Shown here: one piece after another, positions 47,897 through 56,590 of the stretch
Position numbering within the stretch: the first letter of the stretch is position 1
How the letters are laid out: each line of letters opens with the position of its first letter
Origin: Acidimicrobiales bacterium
Lineage (GTDB): Bacteria > Actinomycetota > Acidimicrobiia > Acidimicrobiales > DATDAH01
Assembly (NCBI GenBank): GCA_041918615.1
Contig: JAYRVH010000054.1
Coordinates: forward strand, 5,757 to 69,756
Length of the DNA: 64,000 nucleotides
Direction of reading: 5' to 3'
Position numbers and translations under genes: made by a program
Notes under the pieces: model-generated
Seen by the model: only the letters and a program-made list of their open reading frames with translations
Databases searched by the model: none
Told to the model about the DNA's origin: nothing

Positions 47897-48102
47897 GTGA
47901 CGTCGGACAAGATGGCGTCGAGCACGCTGTCGAGCAGCTTGCCGATGCGGTTGGTGTCGGTGGCCCACGCGACGACCAGCAGGGCGATGGCGGCCACGCC
48001 GAGCAGCACGAGGGCGTACTCGGCGGTGGTCTGACCGCGGTCGCCGCGATGGCCTCGGTGGGCGAGCAGCAGGGTGTGGACGCGGACGAACAGACGGGTC
48101 AT
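47893..48102 (-). CDS. flp: Flp-family type IVb pilin
   Basis: 69 aa: MTRLFVRVHTLLLAHRGHRGDRG/QTTAEYALVLLGVAAIALLVVA..., with the G/xxxxEY processing motif and a hydrophobic core. Confidence 0.8.
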   Translation of the reverse strand: MTRLFVRVHTLLLAHRGHRGDRGQTTAEYALVLLGVAAIALLVVAWATDTNRIGKLLDSVLDAILSDVT

Positions 48103-48150
48103 GGGAGGCACCTCGGTGGTGAAGGGATTCAGCGGCGCCTGCGGCGCGAG
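47985..48150. repeat. diverged direct repeat, copy 1 (flp 5' half plus upstream leader)
   Basis: It aligns by eye with 49157-49335, with most positions identical and one 12-nt indel. A shared example string is gcgatggcggc.acgccgag.agcacgagggcgtactcggcggtggtctg. Confidence 0.8.
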
Positions 48151-48356
48151 CGGGTCCCGTTCACCCGGTCCGGAAGGACCTGGGTGCTGCCCGTAAGCTG
48201 CATGATAGTCGGAAATTGACGGAAACATGCTCACTGATCGGTGGCCTGACGACTGCCGCCCCGACAAACCTCCGTACGACCGACGCTGAGCCAGAACTGG
48301 CAGTCGTGGAATTCGGCGAGGCCGTGGTCGACCACGTCGTCGGGCCAGATGGGATC

Positions 48357-48704
48357 TCAGAGCGCGAGGTGGAGCCTCAAGGCTTCGTCGAGCGCCGCGA
48401 CGTCTGGTCCCGAGAGCACACCCACTCGTGTCCCCATGCGCTCGACCGCGACTGATCGAACCTGCTCGGCCTGCGCCTTCGAGTCGTGCGGGAGGCCCGT
48501 GCCCGTCGCGCTGAGGAGCACCTGGAACGGGTAGACCCGCTTGGTGTTGCTCGTCACCGGCACGACCGTCACGACCCCACGGCCCAGCCGGTGCGCCGTG
48601 GCGTTCGCCCCGTCGTTGCTGACGATCACCGCAGGGCGGCGCTTGTCCGACTCCGAACCTCGCACAGGGTCGAGATCGACCCAGCGGATCTCCCCTCTGC
48701 GCAT
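48357..48704 (-). CDS. mazF: MazF/PemK-family endoribonuclease toxin
   Basis: 115 aa: MRRGEIRWVDLDPVRGSESDKRRPAVIVSND ... VTVVPVTSN ... QVRSVAVERM. The ATG overlaps the antitoxin TGA (TGATG). Confidence 0.92.
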   Translation of the reverse strand: MRRGEIRWVDLDPVRGSESDKRRPAVIVSNDGANATAHRLGRGVVTVVPVTSNTKRVYPFQVLLSATGTGLPHDSKAQAEQVRSVAVERMGTRVGVLSGPDVAALDEALRLHLAL

Positions 48705-48922
48705 CAGCCGAGACCGTCCGATGTCACCGAATCCCACAGCTCCGCGTCGTCGCTGTCGGCCCAGTCGCTCCACGCGTCCTCGTACGCGGCGCCGAGCTCG
48801 GACGCCCGCAGGAGCCGAACCGCCTTGCGCAGAGCCGCAGAACGCGAGTCGAGGCCCTGGACATGGGCGTACGTGTCGAGGTACCGGACGTCTTCGTCGG
48901 GGAGGCTGACGCTGACCTTCAT
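48704..48922 (-). CDS. ribbon-helix-helix (CopG/MazE-like) antitoxin
   Basis: 72 aa. MKVSVSLPDEDVRYLDTYA ... SRSAALRKAVRLL is an RHH pattern, followed by an acidic C-terminal tail. Confidence 0.8.
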   Translation of the reverse strand: MKVSVSLPDEDVRYLDTYAHVQGLDSRSAALRKAVRLLRASELGAAYEDAWSDWADSDDAELWDSVTSDGLG

Positions 48923-48926
48923 ACTC

Positions 48927-48949
48927 TGATCCTACTACTAGTAGGATCA
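48927..48949. promoter_or_regulatory. perfect 11-bp inverted repeat, probable antitoxin operator
   Basis: TGATCCTACTA-c-TAGTAGGATCA lies 4 nt upstream of the antitoxin ATG. It is AT-rich relative to its surroundings. Confidence 0.5.
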
Positions 48950-49297
48950 TCTAGCTACCACGACCCCGTGGACTCGCTCGGCGTATCGGTCCTCACGCAC
49001 CGGGAAGCCGGGCCACACCTGCCAGGAGCGCTCGGGCTGGACCCGGCAACTACCGCGCGGTCTCCACGTCGTGCGGCGACTGCGGCCTCGCCTCGTGGCT
49101 CGGTCGTATCGGGTCGGACCAGACTGGGCTTGACGACAGGATCTCGCCTGGGCAACCACGAGGAGAGCGATGGCGGCGACGCCGAGGAGCACGAGGGCGT
49201 ACTCGGCGGTGGTCTGGCCGGTCTCGGGGCGGCGGGACCGTAGGGCGAGCAGATGGGTGCGGAGCAGCGTGTGGGCGCGGACGAACAGACGGGTCAT
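48947..49297 (-). CDS. second Flp pilin paralogue with non-homologous, Arg-rich C-terminal extension (possibly disrupted)
   Basis: The N-terminal 49 aa, MTRLFVRAHTLLRTHLLALRSRRPETG/QTTAEYALVLLGVAAIALLVVA, are nearly identical to flp at 47893-48102. After that the ORF reads through 67 codons of shadow-like sequence to a stop inside the antitoxin operator. Confidence 0.55.
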   Translation of the reverse strand: MTRLFVRAHTLLRTHLLALRSRRPETGQTTAEYALVLLGVAAIALLVVAQARSCRQAQSGPTRYDRATRRGRSRRTTWRPRGSCRVQPERSWQVWPGFPVREDRYAERVHGVVVAR

Positions 49298-49335
49298 GAG
49301 GGCTCTTTCAGCGTTGGGATGGTTCAGAGGCGCAG
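49157..49335. repeat. diverged direct repeat, copy 2 (flp 5' half plus tadC 3' end)
   Basis: See copy 1 at 47985-48150. The two copies bracket the mazEF module. Confidence 0.8.
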
Positions 49336-50145
49336 TGACCGCAGGGACCCCGCGAGCAGGGGCACCACGGTGAGGAGCGCGAAGGCAGGCAGGGTGCAGA
49401 GCACCAAGGGGAAGAGGAGCTTGACGGGGACACGCCGGGCGGTGGCCTCGGCTTGGCGGCGGCGCTCGAGGCGGGTCTCGACCGCGAGGCGCTCGAGCGC
49501 CGGCAGCAGCGCCACGCCATAGCGCTCGGACGCCACGAGAACGCTCGACAGGCGCCGGACCCGCTCGCCGAGCTCGTCGGGCAACACGGACAGCGCGTCG
49601 GCGAGGCGGGCCCCCAGCCCCACCCGGCGGGTCGCGCCGGCCAGCGCCGTGCCGATGACCCCGCGCTGGTGACGCGCCACCGCACCCACGGCGAGCGGGA
49701 CGGTGAGCCCGGCTCCGATCGCCAGCACGAAGAGGTCGACCACCTCGGGGAGCTCCGCGAGCAGGGCGGCGTCCCGTCGCCGTTCCTCGCGACGGCGGCC
49801 CACCACGGGAGCGACCCACCAGACAACGCCGACCAGCGGGAGCAGCACGGGCGCGGCCAAGGCAACGGGCACCGCCGAGGCAAGGGCCCACCCGAGCCGT
49901 CGATCGGCCACCGGATCGGCGGGTCGCCCGAGCAACCGGCGCGCGACGAGCCCGACCGAGCGCACCGGGGACCGCCGCAGCCCCCACGGCGGGCGCCCGG
50001 TCTCCGCCGGACCCACCGCCGACCCCACCACCGAACCCGACAGCGCGACACCGCCGAGGGCCCGGGCGCGGGCAGGCGCCGGGCGCCACCGCCAGGCACC
50101 GACGACGGCGACCGCGAGCCACAGGCCCGGCAGCAACACGGTCAT
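49324..50145 (-). CDS. tadC: type II secretion system F-family protein (TadC)
   Basis: The ATG at 50145 overlaps the tadB TGA (ATGA). 273 aa with N- and C-terminal TM helices and a central GspF-like cytoplasmic domain. Confidence 0.85.
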   Translation of the reverse strand: MTVLLPGLWLAVAVVGAWRWRPAPARARALGGVALSGSVVGSAVGPAETGRPPWGLRRSPVRSVGLVARRLLGRPADPVADRRLGWALASAVPVALAAPVLLPLVGVVWWVAPVVGRRREERRRDAALLAELPEVVDLFVLAIGAGLTVPLAVGAVARHQRGVIGTALAGATRRVGLGARLADALSVLPDELGERVRRLSSVLVASERYGVALLPALERLAVETRLERRRQAEATARRVPVKLLFPLVLCTLPAFALLTVVPLLAGSLRSLRL

Positions 50146-51050
50146 GCGGCGGCCCTGGCGATGCGCATCATCCAGAGCCCGGCTGCGACATCGAGACCGA
50201 GCCCGACGAGCAGGCAGCCGAGGCCCGCCGGGGTGCGCAGCAGGAACGCGGACACATCGGGATCGCTCAGCAGCCCGAGCGCGGCGAACACCACGGGGGC
50301 ACCCATCATCACCACCGCCGAAGCCCGCGCCTGGGCCGACAACGCGTCGACCTCGGCCGTCAACGCCCGACGGTCGCGCAGGGTGGCGGCCACGCCGTCG
50401 ATCGCCCGGGCCCGCGCGCCGCCCGCCTCGGTGCCGAGCACGAAGGCGGCAGCCACGAGGCCCACGCCCTCGTGGGGGCGGCCGACGGTCCACGATCGGA
50501 CGGCATCGACGAACGGCTGGCCCCGCCCCACCCGCGCCGTGAGGGACGCGAGATCGCCGTCGAGCAGCGCGCTGCCGGTGGCATCGGCCGCTGCAGAGGA
50601 CAACGCCTCGGGCAGGGACGAGCCTGCCCGCAGCGACCCCGCCACGGTCTCGAGAAGGCCGGGCAGGGCCGCCGAGAACCGTTGTCCCTGTCGACCCTTG
50701 CGCCAGGCCAGGAGGGCGACCGGGCCGCCGGTGGCAAGGGCCAGCACGACGAGTGATCCCCCCGGCCCCCACATCGCCCCGCCCACCACCACCGCGGCCA
50801 CGGCACCACCGACCCAACGCCGGGCCACCCCCGCGGCATCGTGGTCGAGGTCGGCCGATCGCAGCGCCGCCTCGAGTCGCCTTGTGAAGAGCGCCGGAAC
50901 TCGCACCCGAGCCCCCGGCGGAGGGGAGACGGACCCCTGGACGAGCCGTCCGCGCACGGGCCGGGCCGCTGTCGCAGTCCGCGCGGCCCGGACCGATGCC
51001 GCGGTCGCCAGCACCAGTACGAGAACGACGACGGGGACCGGCCGGATCAC
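50142..51050 (-). CDS. tadB: type II secretion system F-family protein (TadB)
   Basis: The GTG at 51050 overlaps the cpaF TGA (GTGA). 302 aa with TadB-like topology. Confidence 0.85.
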   Translation of the reverse strand: MIRPVPVVVLVLVLATAASVRAARTATAARPVRGRLVQGSVSPPPGARVRVPALFTRRLEAALRSADLDHDAAGVARRWVGGAVAAVVVGGAMWGPGGSLVVLALATGGPVALLAWRKGRQGQRFSAALPGLLETVAGSLRAGSSLPEALSSAAADATGSALLDGDLASLTARVGRGQPFVDAVRSWTVGRPHEGVGLVAAAFVLGTEAGGARARAIDGVAATLRDRRALTAEVDALSAQARASAVVMMGAPVVFAALGLLSDPDVSAFLLRTPAGLGCLLVGLGLDVAAGLWMMRIARAAA

Positions 51051-52285
51051 GCAGCGACCACCCACGACGGCCGCGGGGGCTCCGCGCCGACCCAACGGAC
51101 CGGCCGACGGGGCAGTGACGAGAGGCCATCTCTCCCGACGAGCGGCCTCGTTGACCCCTCGCACCCCGAGCCCGGCTCGGCCACCTCGTCGACCGCCACC
51201 ACCCGCCGCGAGCCGTCGGGTCGCCGAGCCACCTGCACCACCAGGTCGATCGCCGCGCCCAGGTGGTCGCGCACGGCGGCGAGCGGCAGCAACAGCCCGC
51301 CCATGAGCATCATGGTCTCGAGTCGCCGGAGGGCGTCGACGGGGCTGTTCGCATGGCAGGTGGACAGCGAGCCTTCGTGGCCCGTGGTCATCGCCTGGAC
51401 CATCTCGAGCACCTCGGGGCCGCGCACCTCGCCGACGATGATGCGATCGGGGCGCATGCGGAGCGAGTTGCGCACCAGATCACGGATCGACACCGCACCC
51501 ACGCCCTCGGCGTTGGGAGGGCGTGATTCGAGCCGGACGACGTGGTCGCCCGGCAGGCGAAGCTCGGCGGCGTCCTCGATGGTGATGACCCGCTCGCCCG
51601 GTGGCACCGACGCCGCCAGGGCGTTGAGCAGCGTGGTCTTGCCCGACCCCGACCCACCGCACACCACGATGTTGGCCCGCGCCGCCACCGCCCACCGCAG
51701 CAGCGGGGCGACGCCGGGCGGGCACACCTCGGTGAGGTCGACCGGGCGGGCGCCGAAGCGCCGGATGGTGAGGCACGGCCCGTCGATCGCCAGGGGCGGT
51801 ACCACCGCGTTGACGCGGGATCCGTCGGGCAGGCGCGCATCGACGAGCGGCGACGAGCGGTCGATCCGCAGCCCCAGCGGCGACACCACCCGCTCGATCA
51901 GGTGAGCGACGGTGTCCGCGTGAAGGGCGACGTCGGTGACCGCCAGACGGCCGTCGCGCTCCACCCACACGGCGCCGCCGCCGTTGACCATCACCTCGGT
52001 GACCGACGGGTCGGCCAGCAGCGGGTCGAGGGGGCCGAGGCCCTCGACCCGCGCCAACACGCGCTCGATGACCCCCGACGCCTCGGACGAGCCGAGCAGC
52101 GGCGCCGCGATGCGGACGATGCGCTCGACGGTGCCCCGGGCGTCGACGACCGCCCCGACCGGCTCGGCGAGCAGGCGCCCGTGCACCAAGTCGTCGAGCG
52201 CCATCGCTTCAACGGCCACGGCGTCGGTGCCGTCGGGGCCGTCGACGCCGTTGAGCCGAACCCCGCCAGGGCCGTCAGGCCGCAT
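51047..52285 (-). CDS. cpaF: CpaF/TadA-family pilus assembly ATPase
   Basis: ATG at 52285. Walker A VCGGSGSGKTTLLNAL, Asp box, Walker B RIIVGEVRG and His box TGHEGSLSTCHAN. Confidence 0.93.
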   Translation of the reverse strand: MRPDGPGGVRLNGVDGPDGTDAVAVEAMALDDLVHGRLLAEPVGAVVDARGTVERIVRIAAPLLGSSEASGVIERVLARVEGLGPLDPLLADPSVTEVMVNGGGAVWVERDGRLAVTDVALHADTVAHLIERVVSPLGLRIDRSSPLVDARLPDGSRVNAVVPPLAIDGPCLTIRRFGARPVDLTEVCPPGVAPLLRWAVAARANIVVCGGSGSGKTTLLNALAASVPPGERVITIEDAAELRLPGDHVVRLESRPPNAEGVGAVSIRDLVRNSLRMRPDRIIVGEVRGPEVLEMVQAMTTGHEGSLSTCHANSPVDALRRLETMMLMGGLLLPLAAVRDHLGAAIDLVVQVARRPDGSRRVVAVDEVAEPGSGCEGSTRPLVGRDGLSSLPRRPVRWVGAEPPRPSWVVAA

Positions 52286-52952
52286 GGCGCAACGCCCGTT
52301 CGAGCCCACGGGGCAGGCGCGAGCCGAGCAGGCCGGCGTCGACGGCGCGCGCCACCGCCGGGTCGAGGGCCACCTCGGCCCGCACCGGCACCCCGACCAC
52401 CTCTTCGATGTCGGCGCGCCCCAGGGCACGGCCCGGCTCGGTGATGAGCACGATGCCCGAGGGCCGGACGGGGGCCGCCACCGCCCGCCTGATCGACAGG
52501 TAGCACGCCCGTGTGACCAACAGCGAGTGGGTGGCGGCACCGGCCAGCACCGTGGCGCCGTCGTCGGGCGACCGGAGCACGCCGCAGTCGACGACGACCG
52601 GCCGCGACCCTGCACCGAACAGCCCGGCGAGCGCATCGAGCCGGCCGGGTGGGGCGACGAGGCGCCCGGGCCCCCGGGGCAGCACCGAGAGCCCGGGGCG
52701 GGCCGGCACCTCGAGCCGGGCGACGGCCTCGACCCCCACGTCGTCACCGGCGCCGAGCCATGCGGTGAGCCCGGGGCCGTCGGGCTCGGGCAGCCCGAGG
52801 GCGCCCGGCACGTCGCCCGCCAGGTCGACGAGCAGCACCTCGGACGTTCGGGCCATCACCAGCGCGAGCGCCACCGAGATCACGGTGGTGCCGGAGCCGC
52901 CCTTGGCGGACCAACAGGAAACGAGCACGGAAACCCTCCCAGGGGCAGTCAA
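52275..52952 (-). CDS. ParA/MinD-fold CpaE/Ssd-like protein with degenerate Walker A
   Basis: SAKGGSGTTVISVALA resembles the deviant Walker A KGGxGK[ST], but the second Lys is replaced (GTT). It occupies the first position of the Tad operon. Confidence 0.75.
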   Translation of the reverse strand: MTAPGRVSVLVSCWSAKGGSGTTVISVALALVMARTSEVLLVDLAGDVPGALGLPEPDGPGLTAWLGAGDDVGVEAVARLEVPARPGLSVLPRGPGRLVAPPGRLDALAGLFGAGSRPVVVDCGVLRSPDDGATVLAGAATHSLLVTRACYLSIRRAVAAPVRPSGIVLITEPGRALGRADIEEVVGVPVRAEVALDPAVARAVDAGLLGSRLPRGLERALRHAA

Positions 52953-53038
52953 ACACCTTGGGGGAAGGTGGCATCACCTTAAAGAGGTGGTGTGACATCC
53001 ACAACACCGGCGCTCCCAACGGTGCGGCACGGCGGTCG

Positions 53039-53962
53039 ATGACCCCGGAGCCGCGCGGCCCCCGTAGCCTCTGGCGGGTGGAAGCCGCCTTCTTCGACCT
53101 CGACAAGACCGTCATCGCCAAGGCGTCGATGGTCGCGTTCGGGCGGCCGTTCCAGCGGGCCGGGCTCATCTCCCGCTGGCTCGTGCTGCGGGCGCTCTAC
53201 GGCCAGCTCGTGTACCTCTATCTCGGCGCCGACGAGGCGCGCATGGCCCGCATGCGCGAGTCGGCCCTGCGGATCAGCAAGGGCTGGCACCAGGACACGA
53301 TCAGCGACCTGGTGCGCGAGACCCTGGCCGAGGTCATCGAGCCCATCGTGTTCGGCGAGGCCCTCGACCTGATCCGCGAGCACCACGAGGCGGGTCGCCG
53401 CGTCTACATCATCTCGGCGTCACCGCAGGAGATCGTCGAGCCCCTCAGCGAGTACCTCGGGGCCGACCACGCCATCGCCACGAGGGCGCAGCTCGACGAC
53501 GAAGGCCGGTACTCCGGTGAGGTCGAGTTCTACTCGTACGGCCCTTTCAAGGCCGAGGCCATGCGCGAAGAGGCAGAGCGCCTCGGCATCGACCTCGGGG
53601 CTTCCTACGCCTATTCGGACTCGGCCACCGACATCCCCATGCTCGAGGCCGTGGGCCACCCCGTGGCCGTCAACGCCGACCGCGCCCTGGCGCGATACGC
53701 CGACGAGCAGGGCTGGGAGCGCACCACCTTCGAGCAACAGGTGCAGCTCAAGCGCCGAGGCCCGCCGCCGGGCCCCACCGCGGCGGTGAGCGGCGGCGTG
53801 GTGATGGCGGTGGCGGGCGGGGTGGTCTGGTGGTGGCTGCGTCGTGAACCGCCCACGCGGCGGGACCGCGCGGTCGCCGGCGCGCGGCGCCTCGTGGGCG
53901 CCGCGCCGCCGGCTACGCGGTTTCGCGGAGCTTCTTGGCCGCGAACGCGACGAGGGCGATGA
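53039..53962 (+). CDS. HAD-IB family hydrolase (SerB-like) with C-terminal hydrophobic segment
   Basis: ATG at 53039. Motif I FFDLDKTV, motif II ISASP, motif III/IV YSDSATDIPML. Confidence 0.85.
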   Translation: MTPEPRGPRSLWRVEAAFFDLDKTVIAKASMVAFGRPFQRAGLISRWLVLRALYGQLVYLYLGADEARMARMRESALRISKGWHQDTISDLVRETLAEVIEPIVFGEALDLIREHHEAGRRVYIISASPQEIVEPLSEYLGADHAIATRAQLDDEGRYSGEVEFYSYGPFKAEAMREEAERLGIDLGASYAYSDSATDIPMLEAVGHPVAVNADRALARYADEQGWERTTFEQQVQLKRRGPPPGPTAAVSGGVVMAVAGGVVWWWLRREPPTRRDRAVAGARRLVGAAPPATRFRGASWPRTRRGR

Positions 53963-53990
53963 GGATGGCGACGAGCACGAGCTTCTTCAT
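53913..53990 (-). CDS. possible 25-aa membrane micro-protein
   Basis: MKKLVLVAILIALVAFAAKKLRETA lies 47 nt downstream of the sigma factor gene. It overlaps the convergent HAD gene 3' end by 50 nt. Support is weak. Confidence 0.25.
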   Translation of the reverse strand: MKKLVLVAILIALVAFAAKKLRETA

Positions 53991-54036
53991 GCGCCGAGTG
54001 TAGGGCGGCCCGCCGGCGGCCGCGGCGTGCGGGGCC

Positions 54037-55008
54037 TCAGACGGCCAGCAGGTCGCGTGCGCCGGTGTCGCTGCTGGGGTGGCGCAGCTTCGACATGGCC
54101 CGGGCCTCGATCTGGCGGATGCGCTCGCGGGTGAGGTTGAAGTGCTCGCCCACCTCCTCGAGGGTGCGGGGCTCACCACGGTCGAGACCGAACCGGAGCT
54201 TCAGGATCTCGCGTTCACGGTCGTCGAGCGGCGAGAGCAGGCGCTGGATCTCCTCGGGGAGCAGCGCGGTGGCGGCCACCTCGAACGGGGACTCGGCCGA
54301 GCGGTCCTCGACCACGTCGCCCAGCTCGGCGTCGCCGTCCTCGCGGAGCGGCTCGGAGAGCGAGAGCGGCTCGGCGGCGAAGCGCAACGCCTCGGTCACC
54401 TTCTCCTCGGGCATCTCGACCTCGGCCGACAGCTCGGCCAGGGTGGCGGGGCGCCCCATCTTCAGCTCGAGGCGCGACCGCGCCTTCTGGAGCCGGGCCA
54501 GGGTGTCGCCGGCGTGCACCGGGAGCCGGATGGTGCGTCCGGTGTTGGCGATGCCCCGGGTGATGGCCTGGCGGATCCACCAGGTCGCGTAGGTCGAGAA
54601 CTTGAACCCCTTGCGCCAGTCGAACTTCTCGACGGCGTGCATGAGGCCCAGGTTGCCCTCCTGGATCAGGTCGAGGAGCGGCAGCCCCGATGCCTGGTAC
54701 TTCTTGGCGATCGAGACGACGAGGCGCAGGTTGGACTGGACGAACGTGCGCTCGGCCTCTTCTCCCTTGCGGGCGTTGCGCCGCAGCTCGCGCTTGCGGG
54801 CCGCGGTGAGCTCGGTGGCCACGTCCATCTCGGCGCGGGCGGCGGCACCGCCCTCGATGGCCTGGGCCAGGCGGACCTCGTCGTCCTTGGTGAGGAGGGG
54901 GTACTGCCCGATGTCGGTGAGATAGAGACGGACGAGGTCTTCCTCGTCTCGTTCCACGCGCTCCTTGGCCAACGGTGTTCTCCTGGCGTCGAGTTTCGGT
55001 GGCCGCAC
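54037..55008 (-). CDS. RNA polymerase sigma-70 family factor (group 1/2, SigA/SigB-like)
   Basis: Regions 1.2 to 4 are present: DLVRLYLTDIGQYPLL, IAKKY, LIQEGNLGLMHAVEKFD, YATWWIRQAITR, TLEEVGEHFNLTRERIRQIE. The GTG at 55008 gives 323 aa. The ORF stays open to 55149, but that would leave only 44 bp for a divergent promoter region. Confidence 0.9.
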   Translation of the reverse strand: MRPPKLDARRTPLAKERVERDEEDLVRLYLTDIGQYPLLTKDDEVRLAQAIEGGAAARAEMDVATELTAARKRELRRNARKGEEAERTFVQSNLRLVVSIAKKYQASGLPLLDLIQEGNLGLMHAVEKFDWRKGFKFSTYATWWIRQAITRGIANTGRTIRLPVHAGDTLARLQKARSRLELKMGRPATLAELSAEVEMPEEKVTEALRFAAEPLSLSEPLREDGDAELGDVVEDRSAESPFEVAATALLPEEIQRLLSPLDDREREILKLRFGLDRGEPRTLEEVGEHFNLTRERIRQIEARAMSKLRHPSSDTGARDLLAV

Positions 55009-55193
55009 GACCGACAGATGGCGGGGCCTCGGGAACAGATCGGGGACCGGGGCAAGCGACGGGACCCTCGGTGCTCTGTGGCTTACGATACCGAGATGGT
55101 CAAGAGGGCCAACCCCACAGAGGCCGCCGATTCCTCCAGCTGTGAGCACATGCCCACTGTCCGTGATGTCGGCGCCCGCACCGCCGGGCCTGA

Positions 55194-55523
55194 GTGATCG
55201 GCCCCGAAACCGTGGACGAGGTCGATCTCACGGTGGTCATCATGTCGTTCGATGCCGCCGATCCCGAGGCGCTGCAGTCGGTGCTCGCCAAGTACGTCGT
55301 GGTGAGCCGTGGCCACGAAGGCTGTCGCAACATCGACCTGTGCCTCTCGGCCACCCACCCCACCCGGTTCATCGTCATCGAGAAATGGGCGTCGCCGGCC
55401 GCGCAACGGGCGCACTTCGACTCGCCCGACATGGTCGAGATGGCGAACGCCTGCGACGGCAAGCTCGACCGCCCCCCGTCCATCGACCTGCTCGACGCCG
55501 TCAGCGCCCACGACCTGGCGTGA
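55194..55523 (+). CDS. antibiotic-biosynthesis-monooxygenase (ABM) domain protein
   Basis: GTG start. LTVVIMSF ... FIVIEKWASPAAQRAHF is the typical ABM ferredoxin-like fold pattern. Confidence 0.8.
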   Translation: MIGPETVDEVDLTVVIMSFDAADPEALQSVLAKYVVVSRGHEGCRNIDLCLSATHPTRFIVIEKWASPAAQRAHFDSPDMVEMANACDGKLDRPPSIDLLDAVSAHDLA

Positions 55524-55650
55524 CCTGACCGGCACGCATCGGTCGGGCGAGGTCCCGTCGCCCGCTGAGCGCGCCCGCGTTCCGTGCAAGACTGCGGGCG
55601 ACGACGTCGTCTCGGCCCGGCAGGGCGGACCCAGGACCCGGAGGCAACTC

Positions 55651-56556
55651 ATGTTCGGAACACGCGTGTGGCGACTGCTCGCCGTTCTCCTGTCGCTCAC
55701 CCTGGTGGGCGCCGCCTGCAGCAGCGACAGTGACGAGGGCTCGTCGGACACCAGCTCGTCGGACACCACCGCCGCGGCCGGCGACACGACCGCGGCCGCC
55801 GGTGACTGCGCCGTGGCCGACCTGCCGCTGAAGACCGAGGGCCAGCTCACCGTGGCCACCGGCGACCCGGTGTTCCCGCCGTGGGTCGCCAACGACGACC
55901 CCGCCGGCAACGAGGGCTTCGAGAGCGAGCTGGTCTACGACATCGCCGCCGAGCTCGGGTTCGCCCCCACCGACGTGGTGTGGACCAGCACCGGCTTCGA
56001 CGAGGCCATCGCCCCCGGCGACAAGGACTACGACTTCAACATCCAGCAGTTCGGCATCAACGACGAACGTGACCAGGCGGTCGACTTCTCGGACGGCTAC
56101 TACACCGTGCAGCAGGCCATCGTGGCCGCTCCCGACGCTGACATCGCCGACGCGACCTCGATCGCCGACCTGAGGACCGCCAAGCTCGGCGCGGCCATCG
56201 GGTCGACGAGCCTCGACTACATCGACAACGTGATCCAGCCCGACACCGAGGCGGCCGTGTTCGACGACAACGCCGCCGCCAAGTCGGCCTTCGACGCCGG
56301 CCAGGTCGACGGGCTCGTGTTCGACCTGCCCACCGCCTTCTACATCACCTCGGCCGAGATCCCCGATGCCTCGATCGTCGGCATCCTGCCCACCGTTGGC
56401 GACGAGGAGCAGCTGGGCATGCTCTTCGAGGACGGCAGCGAGCTGATCCCGTGCGTCAACCAGGCCCTGGCCGCGGTGGACGACTCTGGCGACCTGGCCG
56501 ACCTGCAGCAGCAGTGGCTCGCCGACGGCGGCGACACCCCCACGCTGTCCCAGTAG
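55651..56556 (+). CDS. amino-acid ABC transporter substrate-binding lipoprotein
   Basis: ATG at 55651 preceded by GGAGG. MFGTRVWRLLAVLLSLTLVGAAC lipobox. Family-3 SBP body (DFNIQQFGINDER, VDFSDGYY). Confidence 0.88.
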   Translation: MFGTRVWRLLAVLLSLTLVGAACSSDSDEGSSDTSSSDTTAAAGDTTAAAGDCAVADLPLKTEGQLTVATGDPVFPPWVANDDPAGNEGFESELVYDIAAELGFAPTDVVWTSTGFDEAIAPGDKDYDFNIQQFGINDERDQAVDFSDGYYTVQQAIVAAPDADIADATSIADLRTAKLGAAIGSTSLDYIDNVIQPDTEAAVFDDNAAAKSAFDAGQVDGLVFDLPTAFYITSAEIPDASIVGILPTVGDEEQLGMLFEDGSELIPCVNQALAAVDDSGDLADLQQQWLADGGDTPTLSQ

Positions 56557-56590
56557 CCGGCCGCCACGACCGGCACACCCCCGATGCCTG

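Noticed and set aside
55524-55650. Riboswitch or leader upstream of the amino-acid ABC transporter
   Set aside because: I could see only a short 7-bp hairpin (CGGGCGA...TCGCCCG) and a GGAGG Shine-Dalgarno sequence. Nothing matches a riboswitch class I can recognise.
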